Assembly: GCA_048939765.1 (NCBI GenBank)
Contig: JBHLPF010000016.1
Coordinates: 64,569-77,336 of the forward strand
DNA length: 12,768 bases
Source of the DNA: Promethearchaeota archaeon
GTDB lineage: Archaea; Asgardarchaeota; Thorarchaeia; Thorarchaeales; Thorarchaeaceae
Reading direction: 5' to 3'
Shown in pieces: positions 11,472-12,768 of this stretch. Below the pieces are notes generated by a model. That model was not told where the DNA came from. It was given only the letters and a program-made list of their open reading frames with translations, and made no database searches. A program made the translations under genes and the position numbers. The first letter of the stretch is position 1, and each line of letters starts with the position of its first letter.

Positions 11472-12767
11472 TCAGGGGTAAATCCTGCTAACAGTCCTGG
11501 GGAATGGAATGCAATCTCGAATATGCTCAAGATCAAGCATCCAGGTCATTAATCTATCAACTCCGACTCCAAAGCCCGAGTGAGGTACACTCCCATATTT
11601 GCGAATCTCGAGATACCACTCATACTTTTTCGGGTCATCCCCAATCCTGTTGAGGTTGTCAATGATTCGTTGATAGTCGGTCTCTCGTTCACTACCACCA
11701 ATCATTTCCCCAAATCCTCCAGGAGCAAGTAGATCGTCGTTCATGTAAGTCCGGGGGTCATCCTCGTTGTGCTTCATGTAGAAGGACTTGATCTCTTTCG
11801 GATAGAACTCGATAAAGAGGAATTTCTCTCGGTCATCAGTGAGAATGTGCTCAGCCTCAGTTCGGATGTCCTGACCCCACTCGATGTCGAGGCCAGACCT
11901 TTGACAGATTTCAATTGCCTCATCATAGGTCATCCTGTCAAATGGAGGCTTGACACTGTAGAGTCGCTCTGGGTCAACATCGATTTCCTTAAGCTCTGGC
12001 TTCCTGTTGTCAGCTACAGAGTGGCACATCGCGCTGATGAGCCCCTCTTGTCGCCTTAGGTTGCATTCATGGTCACACCAGGCTTCCTCGACCTCCAAGT
12101 GCCAAAACTCGGTGAGGTGCTTTCTAGTCCTTGATTTCTCAGCTCGGAATGATGGAGCAAGGATAAACACCTTCTCCATAGCAAACAGCTGGGGCTCTAG
12201 ATGCATCTGACTTGTCTGAGTCAGATAGACTTTCCTTCCGAAGTACTCTACCTCGAAGAGCTCTGCTCCTTCCTCACCCATTGTTGAAACAAACATTGGA
12301 GAAGTGGTTTCATAGAACCCTTCGCTTCTAAGATATGCCCTAGCACTTCTGAACACTTCATCTCGAATCTTCAATATACTTGTAAGCTGCCGGGATCTCA
12401 TCCATAGGTGACGATTATCATTCAAGAATTCAATGCTCTGGTGCTCTGTGATTGGAAACTCCTCTGCAAAGTGCAAGACCTCAAATTTCTCAACTTGCAC
12501 TTCATATCCTCCCTCTGCACGGTCGTCTGCATGGACGACACCGATAATTGAAACGAGAGATTCTATTAGCATCTTCTCTGCGTCAGCGTATTCTTTCTCG
12601 CTAACCACTGTTTTCTTTATCACCGTCTGAACGACACCTGAAGGATCACGCAGCAGAGCGAAGACCATCTTCTTCTGCTTTCGGATTCGGTGAATCCAGC
12701 CACGAAGCATGACTCTATCTCCTTCATGCTTTCCTTCAAGCACGTCACCTATGTGGATGTATGTCAT
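11472..12767 (-). CDS. asnS: Asparagine--tRNA ligase (class IIb)
   Basis: N-terminal OB anticodon-binding domain (LRGWIHRIR...LRDPSGVVQ), motif 2 FRAEKSRTRKHLTEF, GEMIGGSERE, motif 3 YGSVPHSGFGVGVDR and terminal PFPRT. At 431 aa it is full length for an archaeal AsnRS. Confidence 0.93.
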   Translation of the reverse strand: MTYIHIGDVLEGKHEGDRVMLRGWIHRIRKQKKMVFALLRDPSGVVQTVIKKTVVSEKEYADAEKMLIESLVSIIGVVHADDRAEGGYEVQVEKFEVLHFAEEFPITEHQSIEFLNDNRHLWMRSRQLTSILKIRDEVFRSARAYLRSEGFYETTSPMFVSTMGEEGAELFEVEYFGRKVYLTQTSQMHLEPQLFAMEKVFILAPSFRAEKSRTRKHLTEFWHLEVEEAWCDHECNLRRQEGLISAMCHSVADNRKPELKEIDVDPERLYSVKPPFDRMTYDEAIEICQRSGLDIEWGQDIRTEAEHILTDDREKFLFIEFYPKEIKSFYMKHNEDDPRTYMNDDLLAPGGFGEMIGGSERETDYQRIIDNLNRIGDDPKKYEWYLEIRKYGSVPHSGFGVGVDRLMTWMLDLEHIRDCIPFPRTVSRIYP

Positions 12768-12768
12768 C

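Noticed and set aside
1-12768. CRISPR arrays, tRNA/rRNA genes, transposases, integrases
   Set aside because: No regularly spaced repeats, cloverleaf patterns or recombinase motifs were seen on inspection.

Overview
This is a gene-dense archaeal window. It is most likely from an Asgard archaeon (Thorarchaeia-like; inferred from a Rab-like small GTPase domain, a C2H2 zinc-finger protein, archaeal TATA/SD signals, frequent GTG/TTG starts and an archaeal-type AsnRS). From left to right it holds: a divergent APRT-like phosphoribosyltransferase (minus strand, runs off the left edge, absent from the ORF track); a 50-aa unannotated small ORF; a 511-aa protein with an unknown N-terminal domain, a long acidic disordered linker and a Rab-like GTPase domain with degenerate G1/G2/G3 motifs; a 106-aa protein with a C4 zinc site and a C2H2 finger; a 4-TM membrane protein ending in an HhH-like motif; a MacB/FtsX/LolCDE-type (type VII) ABC operon (ATPase, two ~940-aa internally duplicated permeases, ATPase fused to an AbrB/MraZ-like domain, small 2-TM protein); a ~265-bp hairpin-rich gap between convergent genes; and asnS. 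No CRISPR array, tRNA, rRNA or transposase was recognised. The best leads are the putative pseudo-GTPase scaffold, the ABC operon that may regulate itself through the AbrB-fused ATPase and operator-like repeats at its promoter, and a candidate structured RNA downstream of asnS.
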